Positions 39,537 through 51,351 of a stretch of 64,000 nucleotides of DNA are shown piece after piece. How positions within the stretch are numbered: position 1 is the stretch's first letter; each line of letters begins with the position of its first letter. The DNA is from the human T2T-CHM13v2.0 reference genome, Homo sapiens. A program made the translations under genes and the position numbers. Where the stretch lies: NCBI RefSeq assembly GCF_009914755.1, contig NC_060929.1, one strand, 5' to 3'. The notes below the pieces were generated by a model. That model was not told the origin of the DNA, searched no databases, and saw only the letters and a list, made by a program, of their open reading frames with translations.

Positions 39537-42500
39537 TTTCATGCGCGTCCGTGTGAAGAGACCACCAAACAGGCTTTGTGTGAGCAACATGGCTGTTTAT
39601 TTCACCTGGGTGCAGGCAGGCTGAGTCCGAAAAGAGAGTCAGAGAAGGGAGATAAGGGTGGGGCCGTTTTATAGGATTTGGGTAGGTAAAGGAAAATTAC
39701 AGTTAAAGGGAGTTTGTTCTCTGGTGGGCTGGAGTGGGGGTGGCAAGGTGCTCAGTGGGGGTGCTTTTTGAGCCAGGATGAGCCAAGAGAAGGAATTTCA
39801 CAAGGTAATGTCATCACTTAAGGCAAGGACCGGCCATTTACACTTCTTTTGTGGTGGAATATCATCAGTTAAGGTGGGGCAGGGCATATTCACTTCTTTT
39901 GTGATTCTTCAGTTACTTCAGGCCATCTGGGCGTATACGTGCAAGTCACAGGGGATGCGATGGCTTGGCTTGGGCTCAGAGGCCTGACATTCCTGCCTTC
40001 TTATAGTAATAATAAAAGTAAAATAAAATAGTGTTGAAGTGTTGGGGAGGCGAAAATTTTTGGGGGGGTGGTATGCAGAGAGAATGGGCGATGTTTCTCA
40101 GGGCTGCTTCAAGCGGGATTAGGGGCGGCGTGGGCACCTTGAGTGGGAGAGATTAAGATTTTAGTTTCCTGACTCCGGACAAGTTGAGTAAAGCTAATTT
40201 GCCAGTCCTGGGTGGGGGCAAATCCTCGAGCTTGATGTGTAGGGAAGGGAGGGGGCCTGAATAATCCTTGAGGAGTAGTAGAATAGCAGATGGAACACTG
40301 AGAAGTTATTTCCTTGAGGATAGATTTCCATGATGGAAAGGAAATGAGAGGTTCTAAGAGGCGGGCTAGTGCCTTGTACTATAGCATAACCTGCCTTTGC
40401 TGGTGTGTGGCGATTAGGCCTGGTGGAACCACCATCAATAAATCAAGCGTGATCAGGGTGAGGAACAGGAAAGAAGGAAATTTGGGGAAATGGGGTGAAT
40501 GTCAGGTGGATCAGAGAGATACAGTCATGGGGGTCAGGTGTGGTATCAGGAATAATGTGGGAGGCCAGATTGAAGTCTGGGCCAGGAACAACGGTAATTG
40601 TGGGAGACTCAACAAAGAATGAGTACAGCTGAAGGAGCCGGGAAGCAGAAAGTATATGCATCAGGTATGAGGAAGAAAATAGATTTTGGAAGTTATGAGA
40701 ACTGTAGAGAGTGAGGTGAGCACAGTTTGTGATTTTGAGGGCCTCTAAAGTATTAAAGCAGCGGCAGCCGCTGCACGCAGACATGAGGGCTAGGCTAAAA
40801 CAGTAAGGTCAAGTTGTTTGGACAGAAAGGCTACAGGGTGTGGTCCTGGCTGTTGTGTAAGAATTCTGACCGCGCTAACCATGCCTAGGAAGGAAAGGAG
40901 TTGTTGTTTTGTAGAAGGTGCTTGGGTTTGAGAGATCAGTTGGACACGATTGGCAGGGAGAGCACGTGTGTTTTTGAGAATTATGCCGAGATAGGTAACA
41001 GATGAGGAAGAAATTTGGGCTTGATTGAAGTAATGGGGGCTGTCTGTGAAGCTTTGCGGCAGTACAGCCTAGGTAATTTGCTGAGCTTGATGGGTGTGTC
41101 AGGGTCAGTCCAAGTGAAAGCGAAGAGAGGCTGGGATTAAGGGCGCAACGGAATAGTAAAGAAAGCATGTTTGAGATCTAGAACAGAATAATGGGTTGTA
41201 GAGGCAGGTATTGAGGATAGGAGAGTATATGGGTTTGGCACCATGGGGTGGATAGGCAAAACAATTTGGTTGATAAGGCGCAGATCCTGAACTAAATTGT
41301 AAGACTTGTCTGGTTTTAGGACAGGTAAAATGGGGGAATTGTAAGGAGATTTTATAGGTTTTAAAAGGCCATCCTCTAGCAGGTGAGTGATAACAGGCTT
41401 TAATCTTTTTAAAGTGTGCTGCGGGATGGGATATTGGTGTTGAGTGGGGTAAGGGTGATTAGGTTTTAGTGAGATGGTAAGGGGTGCATGATCGGTCGCC
41501 AAGGAGGGAGTAGAGGTATCTTATACTTGTGGGTTAAGGTGGGGGGATACAAGAGGAAGACGCAAAGGAGGCTTTGGATTGGGAAGAATGGCGGAATGAG
41601 ATATAGCTGTAGTCCAGGAGTAGACAGGGAAGCCGATAATTTAGTCAAAGTGTCTCAGCCTAATAAGGGAACTGGGCAGGTGGGGATAACTAAAAAGGAG
41701 TGCTTAAAAGAGTACTGTCTAAGTTGGCACCAGAGTTGGGGAGTTTTAAGAGGTTTAGAAGCCTGGCCGTCAATACCTACAACAGTTATGGAGGCAAGGG
41801 AAACAGGCCCTTGAAAAGAAGGTAATGTGGAGTGGGTAGCTTCCATATTGATTAACACGGGGACGGACTTACCTTCCAGTGTGAGAGTTACCCGAAGCTC
41901 CGCGTCCGTGATGGTCTAGGGGGCTTCCGAGGTGATCGGGCAGTGTCGGTCTTCAGCCGCTAAGCCGAGAAGGAGTCAGAGAGACTTAGGCCAGAGTTCC
42001 GGGGGCTCTGCGAGTGGCTGCCAGGTGAGTTGAACAGTCCGATTTCCAGAGGGGTCCTACACAGATGGGACACGGCTTAGGAGGAATCCTGGGCTGCAGG
42101 CATTCCTTGGCCTGGTGGTCAGATTTCTGGCACTTGTAGGAAGCTCCTGGGAGAGGAGGTTCTGGAGGAACACCTGGCGGCTGCGGTTCAGGTGTTTGGA
42201 AGTTCTTGTGTGCTGGAGATGTGGCTGGGGTTTGTCTCACAGTGGAGGCAAGGAATTGCAACTTTTTTCTATTATTGTACACCTTGAAGGCGAGGTTAAT
42301 TAAATCTTGTTGTGGGGTTTGAGGGCCGGAATTTAATTTTTGGAGTTTTATTTAATGTCGGGAGCAGATTGGGTAATAAAATGTATATTAAGAATAAGAC
42401 GGCCTTTTGACCTTTTAGGGTCTAGGGCTATAAAGTGTCTCAGGGTTGCTGCCGAACGAGCCATGAACTGGGCTGGGTTTTTATATTTGATGACAAAGAG

Positions 42501-44229
42501 CCTAAACGCTATCTGATTTGGGATAAAGAAAAAGGAGCATTAACCTTGACTATGCCTTTAGCTCCAGCCACCTTTTTAAGGATAAATTGCTGGGCAGGTG
42601 GGGGAGGGCTAGTCACAGAAGGAAACTGTAAGCCGGACTAGGCGTGAGGAGGGGAGGCGATAAAATGATTATAGGGTGGAGGAGCGGAGGCTGAGGAAGA
42701 ATTGGGACCTAGCTCGGCCTGTCGAGGAGGGGAGAGGTCAGATGGGTCTGTAGAAAAGGAAGATTAGAAAGACTTAGCGACGCTTGGGGTTGGTACTGAG
42801 GGGACAGGCGGGAGGGAAAGAAGGAAGATTTGGGTCAAGTTGCACTGGACACAGAGACTAGGAAGGGACTGATGTGTAAAAGAATGCCTGGACGTCAGGC
42901 ACCTCAGACCATTTGCCCATTTGACGACAGTTTGTATTGGGGTCAAGCGGCATTGCAGAAGAAAATAAGACATTTAGGTTTTAGGTCAGGTATGAGTTGA
43001 AGAGGTTTTAAATTTTTGAGAACACAGGCTAAGGGAGAAGGAGGAGGAATGGAAGGTGGAAGCTTACCTATAGTGAAGGAGGCAAGCCCAGAGAAAAGAG
43101 TAGAGACACGGAGGAGGGGTTGCAGGGGGGTGGTTCTTGCCCTCCAGAAAAGCAGAGAAGGGGTAGGGGCATGGAAATAAGGGATTGGGGCACAGAGATA
43201 AGAGGTTGGGGTGTGGAAATAAGCGATTGGGGGTTCTTGCCCCCTAGGAAACTGGGACTTGCCGCTAAGGGTGAAGGAGAAGGGGTTGAGGGGTACTTGC
43301 CCCTGCCCCAGGAAAGCGGGACTTGCCGCTAAGGGTGAAGGACCAAGGCAGGCGTCCCTGCGTGGTCTGACACCCTTGAAACGTGAGTGTAAAATCAGAG
43401 AGGCGTCCCTGCAATGATTAAACACCAAGGGAAGGCTGCCTTCCCAGTCGGTGACCGGTGCCGGAGTTTTGGGTTCACGGATAAAACATGTCTCTTTTGT
43501 CTCTACCAGAAAATGAAAGGAATTGAAATTAAGATAAGGGAGAGACTGAAGTGTGGCGCCAAGATTGAAAGGAGAAAGAGGTTGAGGGATAGTGAGGGAG
43601 GTTGGAGAAGAGAGTAAAAAGAGGCCGCTTACCGGATTTGAAATTGGTGAGATGTTTCTTGGGCTGGTTGGTCTGAGGACCTGAGATGGTAGGTGGATCT
43701 TTCTCACGGAGCAAAGAGCAGGAGGACAGGGGATTGATCTCCTAAGGGAGGTCCCCCGATCCGAGTCATGGCACCAAATTTCATGCGCGTCCGTGTGAAG
43801 AGACCACCAAACAGGCTTTGTGTGAGCAACATGGCTGTTTATTTCACCTGGGTGCAGGCGGGCTGAGTCCGAAAAGAGAGTCAGCGAAGGGAGATAAGGG
43901 TGGGGCCGTTTTATAGGATTTGGGTAGGTAAAGGAAAATTACAGTTAAAGGGAGTTTGTTCTCTGGCGGGTAGGAGTGGGGGTGGCAAGGTGCTCAGTGG
44001 GTGCTTTTTGAGCCAGGATGAGTCAAGAGAAGGAATTTCACAAGGTAATGTCATCACTTAAGGCAAGGACTGGCCATTTACACTTCTTTTGTGGTGGAAT
44101 GTCATCAGTTAAGGTGGGGCAGGGCATATTCACTTCTTTTGTGATTCTTCAGTTACTTCAGGCCATCTGGGCTTATACGTGCAAGTCACAGGGGATACGA
44201 TGGCTTGGCTTGGGCTCAGAGGCCTGACA
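39537..44229 (-). mobile_element. Two-LTR HERV-H provirus. 5' LTR7 at 43779-44229, 3' LTR7 at 39537-39989, with internal deletions.
   Basis: 5-bp TSD GTAGC (39532-39536, 44230-44234), PBS-His, gag/pro/RT ORF fragments in the track. Confidence 0.97.
43759..43776 (-). other. tRNA-His primer-binding site
   Basis: TGGTGCCATGACTCGGAT, one mismatch from TGGTGCCGTGACTCGGAT. Confidence 0.92.
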
Positions 44230-44599
44230 GTAGCCCCACCCAGGAGTTGACTCAGTGCAACAGGGCAGCTTCAACTCTGGTTTCATCTCCAACCTAACCA
44301 ATCAGCACTCCTGACTCACTGGCCCCTCACCCACCAAGTTATCCTTAAAAACTCTGATCCTTGAATGCCGGAGGAGACTGATTTCAGTAATAATAAAACT
44401 CCAGTCTCCTCCACAGCCAGCTCTAAGTGAATAACTCTGTCTCTATTGCAATTCCCCTGTCTTCATACATTGGCTCTGTCTAGGCAGCAGGCAAGGTGAA
44501 TCTATTGAGTGGTTACAGTAACAATACCATAACAAAGGCACAAGAAAAGGCTACATGGCTGTTTTAAAATGTAGATTCTATTCTTCTTGTGAACAGATC

Positions 44600-45080
44600 A
44601 GGAGTTGACTGCTGTTGAAAAGAGATTTTAGTGTGCTCAGATCCCAATACAAGGGGCCATGACACACCATGGGGCTGGAGGCACACGGGAAGCACCAGGG
44701 TTATTCAAGAGACAGATGGAGTGGAGGAAAATGTGAGCAGGAGTCTTTATTGTGGTTTCTGAAGGAAGACAGGAGAGATGGGGTAAGCAGGTTTTAAATG
44801 GGCTAGTGTGAATAATTTTGGTGGGCTCTGGGATCTTGGGGCTGTCCCTAGTTGGTCATGGGGTGATTAAGGCATGGGAATAATGGCCCACAGTGCACAA
44901 GCCCAATAAAGGTCGTTGGGGCTTTGGGCTCTGGATTGGTTAATTTGCATATGAAAGGCATGCTCCTGGTGATATCTCTAGGAATTAGCTAGTCCTGGGA
45001 AGGGCAGTCCTTTCAAGGTCAGCAAGGCCCCAAGGGGTCAAAACGTTAAAAATACAGAATTAAAAGACATGATTAATACA
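44600..45080 (-). mobile_element. Probable solo LTR, family not assigned
   Basis: Antisense TGTATTAATC start and antisense AATAAA (tttatt near 44746-44751). Confidence 0.45.
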
Positions 45081-46422
45081 GTGGCTCAAAACATAGGAAG
45101 CCCAGAAGTGAACAAGTCCAAGTATGTTTTCAATTCTGAGCATACCCCCAATCCACTTGTTGTCTTTCACAGCTTTCTATTTGCTTCTTCAACAGCACTA
45201 ACCACTAGTGTTTTCTGTTTGTTTACATGTTTCTTGCCTGTGTATCTCACTACATTGTCAGCTCCAGGAAGGCAAGAAATTTGCTTGTCTGGTTTTCTGC
45301 ACTAGTCCTAATTGCTGACACAGTGCCTGAGACACAATGGATACTCAATAAACATTTGTTGAACAAATGAGTGAAAACAATAGTGTTTGATGGTTATCTG
45401 TGTATGCATAATATGATTTGCATGTACACACACATACATACTACTATTCATATATGTATATGTATGTGGATATTTGTGGGTGCTTTTGAGTTGATGTTTT
45501 TCATGTACATTCCAGTCAAGACTGCATGGCTGGCTGACTACTAGATAGACCCAACAGAAATCTATTTGCCCAGGGGTCTCAGGAATCTCCTGGAAAGAAC
45601 TTGCCCTCTAGGACCAGCAGAGAAGCCTGATACAGTACCAATCATTTCAGAGGTTAAAAGAGAGAAGCATTTCTGCATGTATAATGCTATATTTCACCTG
45701 AGGAGGCCTCGGTCCTATCCCTCATGGATTTATAACTTGGCTTTTATAAGAAGTCAGTTTAGAAACTGGAAAACCTATTTTTTATTGAAAGCGCTACAAT
45801 ATTTTAGGATGCTGTGTCAGTCAGAGTCCAGCCAAAAAGTTAAAACCATACCAAGTGACCACACAGAAAGAATTCAACATGTAGGGTAATTTACAAAGTG
45901 CTAGAAATGCAGTTAAAGCAACCAAGCAGAAGATGAATCAACTCTGAGATTAGAAAATGCAGAAAGTTGTTACTCCTTCTAGGTCAGGAAGGACAGTGAT
46001 GAGAAGGTGGGGTCTAGGAGCTGGGGCCATGCAGTAAAAGCTGGAACAATGTTGGCCTGTGTGGCACAGGGGGAACCACAGATAAAGGACCTTTCCAAAA
46101 GGAGATGAGCCTTGGAGAGGGTGCAGCCACTACCCATGATAGCTCCTGAATTGGAGAGAGGGAGACATATCCCTTCTCCTTTTCTCTCTCTCTCCACTCT
46201 TTCACCTGTGCCTTCCCCTGGCTTAACTTAATCAGATGCAGTTGGCAAGGAAGCCTGGAAGCAAGGAAGCCTGGAAACCACATTTTAAAAAGTCAACTTT
46301 CTATAATACAGAGCCAGGAATGAAAGTGAAGAGAAAGGATTTAAAAGCAAGCAAACAAATTTGAGGGCAGCACTGGTTTAGTATTCCAAAAGAGACCATA
46401 ATAAAAAACTAAAGGGCGTCAT

Positions 46423-46912
46423 TGTGGCAGGCTGGATCTCCACAAGCAACCAAGTCTCCATAAGCCCTTTGCTGTAATGATGAATGTGTAAGTTAAACAT
46501 TGAAGAACTAGAGAAACTGGTGCCTGAGTAGGAGACCTGGAATGCAGAAACAAACCCGTTAAGACCCTACCTGGGCTTTCTCATCCTCAAACCTGATTGA
46601 GTGATAAAAGCATTCATGCACATACAAACCATACCAGGACCCATGTAAAATTAAGAAACTTTCCAGCCCACAGACCACTAGTTAAAGATTAGATTTAGGC
46701 TAAGTAGAAATACTCCTGCATATAGGCATAGAGCTTGAAATTCATTTATATATACTAAAGGAAAAACTCATAACTTTTAGTTGGTCTGGTAAATTACTCC
46801 GACCTTCTCCCTGTGGCTGGTTACAAAAATAAACTCGCTTCTTTCCCAGTTCACCTGTATCTCATCATTGGACCACGAGAGCAAGCAGCTGGACCCTGTT
46901 CCTCCGGCAACG
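46423..46912 (+). mobile_element. MER84/LTR29-like solo ERV1 LTR
   Basis: TGTGGCAGG start, TATA-like tatatata, AATAAA, and the end cccagttcacctgtatctcatcattggaccacgaga. Confidence 0.7.
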
Positions 46913-48219
46913 GCATCAATCTTACCACCAACCTTGGCTCTTTGAGGGGCTTGGTATATTAATATCACTGGCATCAGTGGGAATATGTGGGAGAAATGGA
47001 AGCAGTACTGGTAGAGAAAGAAGGAGAAGTGGCAGGATTGAGGTGCATGGCAGGCATTCATGGTGTCTTTCATGTAGTTTATAAAGTAGTTTATAAAGTA
47101 GCAGAAAGATAAAGAAATGACAGTTACAACATGGTAACATAAAAATTAGTAAAATGTGACATAAATTAGATATTAATTTTGGTTTGGCATAGCAGAATGC
47201 TCTGTCTGCATAATTTTATTAGATCTTCATTACAATACCACACCCTCAGATGAGGACAAATAAAGCCCCAACCTCTGGCCTTACATCTTAAGGTGTGTTT
47301 TCTCAAAATTTTCTGGGTTCCACTTTGGTGGTGGGAATGGCTGGAGCCAGCAGTACCACGTGGCCGGGGAGCCCTGAGCTGGTCCTGTGCCCATATGGAC
47401 TCCGCTTTCTATTTCACCCCTTCATGGTTCTTTCTTACCCTCTTCCTTGCATGTCGGGCCCACTCGATGCCCCAAAGAACTCCAGGACTTCTGCTCACAA
47501 ATGAAGTTGTCCTGAGGTCCTGTGGCTGAACCCTGGATCCAGAAAGACAGCCTTGGAAACAAATTACTACTCCTGTAGCCAGTACCTTACAATTACGTAT
47601 TTTTGAATGATTTTATCGGATTTGATTGCCAAAGAATCTTGCAAAAACAATTTTTTCCCCAAGCTACACACCTTATGGTTGGTTGTGTTATTTATGTTCC
47701 CATTTTAGATGAGAGGACCAATATCCTAGATTAAAAATGTCAAATCCAAGATTACACAAACAGTGAAAATTGAATCCCAGGTTTTTCAAAAGACACTCTG
47801 ATTTTAGATCTTAAGCCTATTATTCTATCCAAAGGCTCAGAGAAGACATGCTCTGAACATACTCAAAGTAACTGACACTGGAAAAGGTAACAGAGGTGTG
47901 AAAATCTTACCATAGTAGATGTGTGAGTGGGCTGGGGGCAGGTGAATTCCAGAGAAATGTGGCACTAAATGTCATGAAGCTGACTCTGTATTATACCAGA
48001 GTGGCCTCCAGATTGCTTTCACAACTGGGTAGTTCATCAGCTAATGTGATTCTCCAAACTTTAAATGATTAGAAAACTGGGGAAAAATGTAGAAAACCAG
48101 AGGAAAACACTCCTTCTAATCCAAATATAAATTCTTCACTTCTTTTCAATGTTCTTCCAGGAGAAGGATTCGTTGGGCTCTTTGCCTTCTGCTTTTATTT
48201 CTGTGCAAGGGTTTATGCA

Positions 48220-48410
48220 AGAGGTACTTGAGAATGCTGTACTGTAGAGCTTTGTTTCTCATGGGAACACACGGGGAAGTGGAAAACCCTCCAAATTGTT
48301 TGGTGAGAAAACATAACATTTATCCCTTTCTTTGGTGGGGTGAGTCAAGTGGTAGGGACTAGAATTCAGGTCCTCAATGGGCATATAAATATGTGTGTGC
48401 AAAAGCAGCC
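48220..48410 (+). promoter_or_regulatory. SCGB3A2: SCGB3A2 promoter: TATA (CATATAAAT 48382-48390), NKX2-1-type TCAAGTG (48345-48351) overlapping AP-1 TGAGTCA (48341-48347), FOXA/CEBP-like region near 48295-48312
   Basis: Motifs seen directly. SCGB3A2 is an established NKX2-1 target. Confidence 0.75.
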
Positions 48411-48506
48411 ATCACACTTTGTATGGCAAGTGGAACCACTGGCTTGGTGGATTTTGCTAGATTTTTCTGATTTTTAAACTCCTGAAAAATATCCCAGATA
48501 ACTGTC

Positions 48507-48561
48507 ATGAAGCTGGTAACTATCTTCCTGCTGGTGACCATCAGCCTTTGTAGTTACTCTG
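48507..48561 (+). CDS. SCGB3A2: SCGB3A2 exon 1 CDS (MKLVTIFLLVTISLCSYS-A)
   Basis: ATG at 48507, signal peptide, donor TCTG|GTAAGT. Confidence 0.96.
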
Positions 48562-51148
48562 GTAAGTAACTGGAATACATCTGGAATATGTGACATTTCT
48601 TTACTTTTCTGTTAATAAGAGCACAACTAGTAAGCCTTGCCTCACTGACAGTGGAATATGGTGGTAGGAATTGTATTTTTTTTTATTTTACTTTTAACTG
48701 ACACATAATAATTGCACATATTTGCAGGGTTGGAAGAAGTTTTGGAATCACAGAAAATGGTGATGTTGGAAAGTATTTCAGATCCCCACCATCTAAGCTC
48801 TAGCCCAATATAAGTATTCTAATACATCCTACATAGGAAGTTAGCCAACTTCCACGGAGGGTCAACAAAGCACATTTCACTGCTGGATATTGGTCACCAT
48901 TCGTTTTTCTTATTTTCCTCAATTTTGAGTTAAAATTTGACTTTATAATTTCTTTTGTGCTTTTGAACTATATGGAGTCATTCTTGCTATCATCTCCAGT
49001 TATCCAATTTGCTAGCTTGGTTCTCCTGAGATAGCTACATTCATCTGTTTATCCACTCAATGGATATTTATTGAATGGCTACAATTTGTTGGGCACTGGA
49101 TAGGCATTGGAAGATTTAGACATGAAGCAGTCATAAATATTGTTCTTAAGGTGCTACTCTGGTAGGATAGATAGGGCTTCTGCCTAAGTTACTATAATTC
49201 TAGACTACTGTAAACGTACTGTGAGATATCCAGATAGAACTCTTTTAGTGTATTGGTGGGTGATTAGTTTAATTTTCAGGTAAGGGTATAGAAGCTGGCT
49301 TCTTGGAGGAGAATGGGAACTGATTTATTTTTTTGGAAGGAATCATTGTAACTATCAGGAAGACAGTGTGGGCACATGGGAAAAAGAGATTTCATGATAG
49401 CCACTGCTCATTGAGAGAACAGAAGGCTTTGAAGATCTTCTCCCAGGAAGCTGTAAACACATACAGAGAAGATATTTACCAAAATGTCTGAAATAAGAAG
49501 TATGGAGATTAATAATGAAAAATTGATTGCCGCCCACACCTACAATGGCAACTTTGGCTTTTGATGTTTATTGAATTTCTGAAGGAATTTGTAACTTCAC
49601 CAGTTTTGGATATTTCACTGTTCTCTAATGTCCAGGGACAGGTATCTATGGGCAAAGTGGCAGCAGAAAGGAGGTGGGGAAAATAAATACCGCCCCCTCT
49701 GGGTGAGAATTTTGGAGGGACAATAGGTGATTGAAAATTTAAAAAAATATATACAGGCTCCATTTTAATAATTTGAATGGGGAAATAATAGGTTTCCAAA
49801 GGAAAATAAACTATGGCAGGTCTTAGCCAGTAGGAGGATGTGTGTTCTTACGTGTGTGCTCACATGCATGTGTGCATTTATATATCTGCACATGTTTTTG
49901 TAAAAAATACATCGTACATATTTTCCTCAATCTCTACTTTTTCCCACCATTCATCTTCTACGGGAAAGTTATCTTCCTAAAGCCAAAGATATAAAACGTA
50001 ATTTTCCTATGTAAAAGCCTTGATAGCGCCCCACTGCCCTCAGGAAAAAAAAATCCAAACTCCTTTGTGTGACATCCAACACTTTAAAAAATCTGACCTC
50101 ACTCAACTTTTGCAGCCTCACTCCCTTTATCTTCCATCCTTTGGTCATAGCCTATTGGAAATCTGCACTCCAGCCTTCTGGGCAGAAGGCTCACCATCCT
50201 GTGTATGCACTTTTATCCTAATGGTTCCGTGCCTTTATTGGTCATGTTTCTAAAATGCTTCTCCTCTTCTTTACCTTATGATCCTGACATTTGCCTCAAG
50301 ACATAGCTCTAACAGCACTTCTGGAAAATTCCTGCAGCACTCTTTCATGTTAGAATTAGTCATCCCTTTCTTGTGTTTCCATGGAGCTTTGTCCATAATG
50401 TTAGCATAGCACATGCTACACTGTGGCATACACAGATCTTCTATCACCAACTGGACTGTGTGAAGTCTCTGAATGGGCATCCTTGTCTTATTTGTCTATG
50501 TATCTGCACAGACTAGATAGAGTTGGTGCTCAATTATGTTTGTAGCGTTGAGTTGAATTGGTTGGGAGCAGTTTCTTGGGCTGTGGTTGGGTCCATTCCT
50601 GTCTTTATGTGGAGATTCACTATAGCATCTCTCCTTTAGCCTCAAAGCTGTGAGCTGTGGAGACAGTCACATACAAAATACCATCGCCTTCAGACAATCA
50701 CAATGATCTGTTGAATGCTTACGCTGCCAGGGTCAGTTGTAGGCATGGGTGCATTAGCGAAAAAACACACATTCCTTGTTCTCATGGAGCCTCCATTCTA
50801 ATGAGAAAATAAAGACAATAAAAACAGCAAATGAAGAGTTGCTTTTTTTAGGTAATGGTAAGAAAAAATAAATGACGGAGAGTGACTATGGCCATTGCAG
50901 GCTTCTCCGAGGAGGTAATATTTGAAGAGAGACCAAATAATGTGAGAAAGAAAGGTAAGTAGCTAGCTAAGGAAAAAAAGTTCTAGGGAGATGGAACAGC
51001 AGGTGCAAAGGGCCAGAGGTAGAAGTTTTCAATGGAAGTAAGATGAGTGGATCTGGAATGGAGCTATTGATGGACACAGGGAAAGAAGATGAGGTCATAG
51101 TCTGGGCCCAGATGTGCCTGTCTCACCTGGTTTCTCTTTTTCCTGCAG

Positions 51149-51351
51149 CTACTGCCTTCCTCATCAACAAAGTGCCCCTTCCTGTTGACAAGTTGGCACC
51201 TTTACCTCTGGACAACATTCTTCCCTTTATGGATCCATTAAAGCTTCTTCTGAAAACTCTGGGCATTTCTGTTGAGCACCTTGTGGAGGGGCTAAGGAAG
51301 TGTGTAAATGAGCTGGGACCAGAGGCTTCTGAAGCTGTGAAGAAACTGCTG
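51149..51351 (+). CDS. SCGB3A2: SCGB3A2 exon 2 (TAFLINKVPLPVDKLAP...AVKKLL)
   Basis: Acceptor ttttcctgcag|, donor |gtaacc, 203 nt, secretoglobin/UGRP1 sequence. Confidence 0.97.

Larger units (their letters stand above)
39291..44517 (+). mobile_element. LTR8 (5'-truncated) split by HERV-H into 39291-39536 and 44230-44517
   Basis: LTR8 sequence ...ctcatctgatcttgtagc|cccacccaggagttgactcag... is contiguous across the insertion and ends GGTTACA. Confidence 0.85.

Noticed and set aside
35909-41502. Functional reverse transcriptase, or a prokaryotic retron/DGR-like system
   Set aside because: Both 121-aa ORFs stop before the catalytic YxDD region and lie within HERV-H proviruses.
30399-43776. tRNA genes at the tRNA-matching 18-mers
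   Set aside because: They are retroviral primer-binding sites with no cloverleaf.
38316-44227. Three similar 61-69 aa ORFs (MSQEK.FHKV...) as a gene family
   Set aside because: They are antisense readings of the three LTR7 copies.
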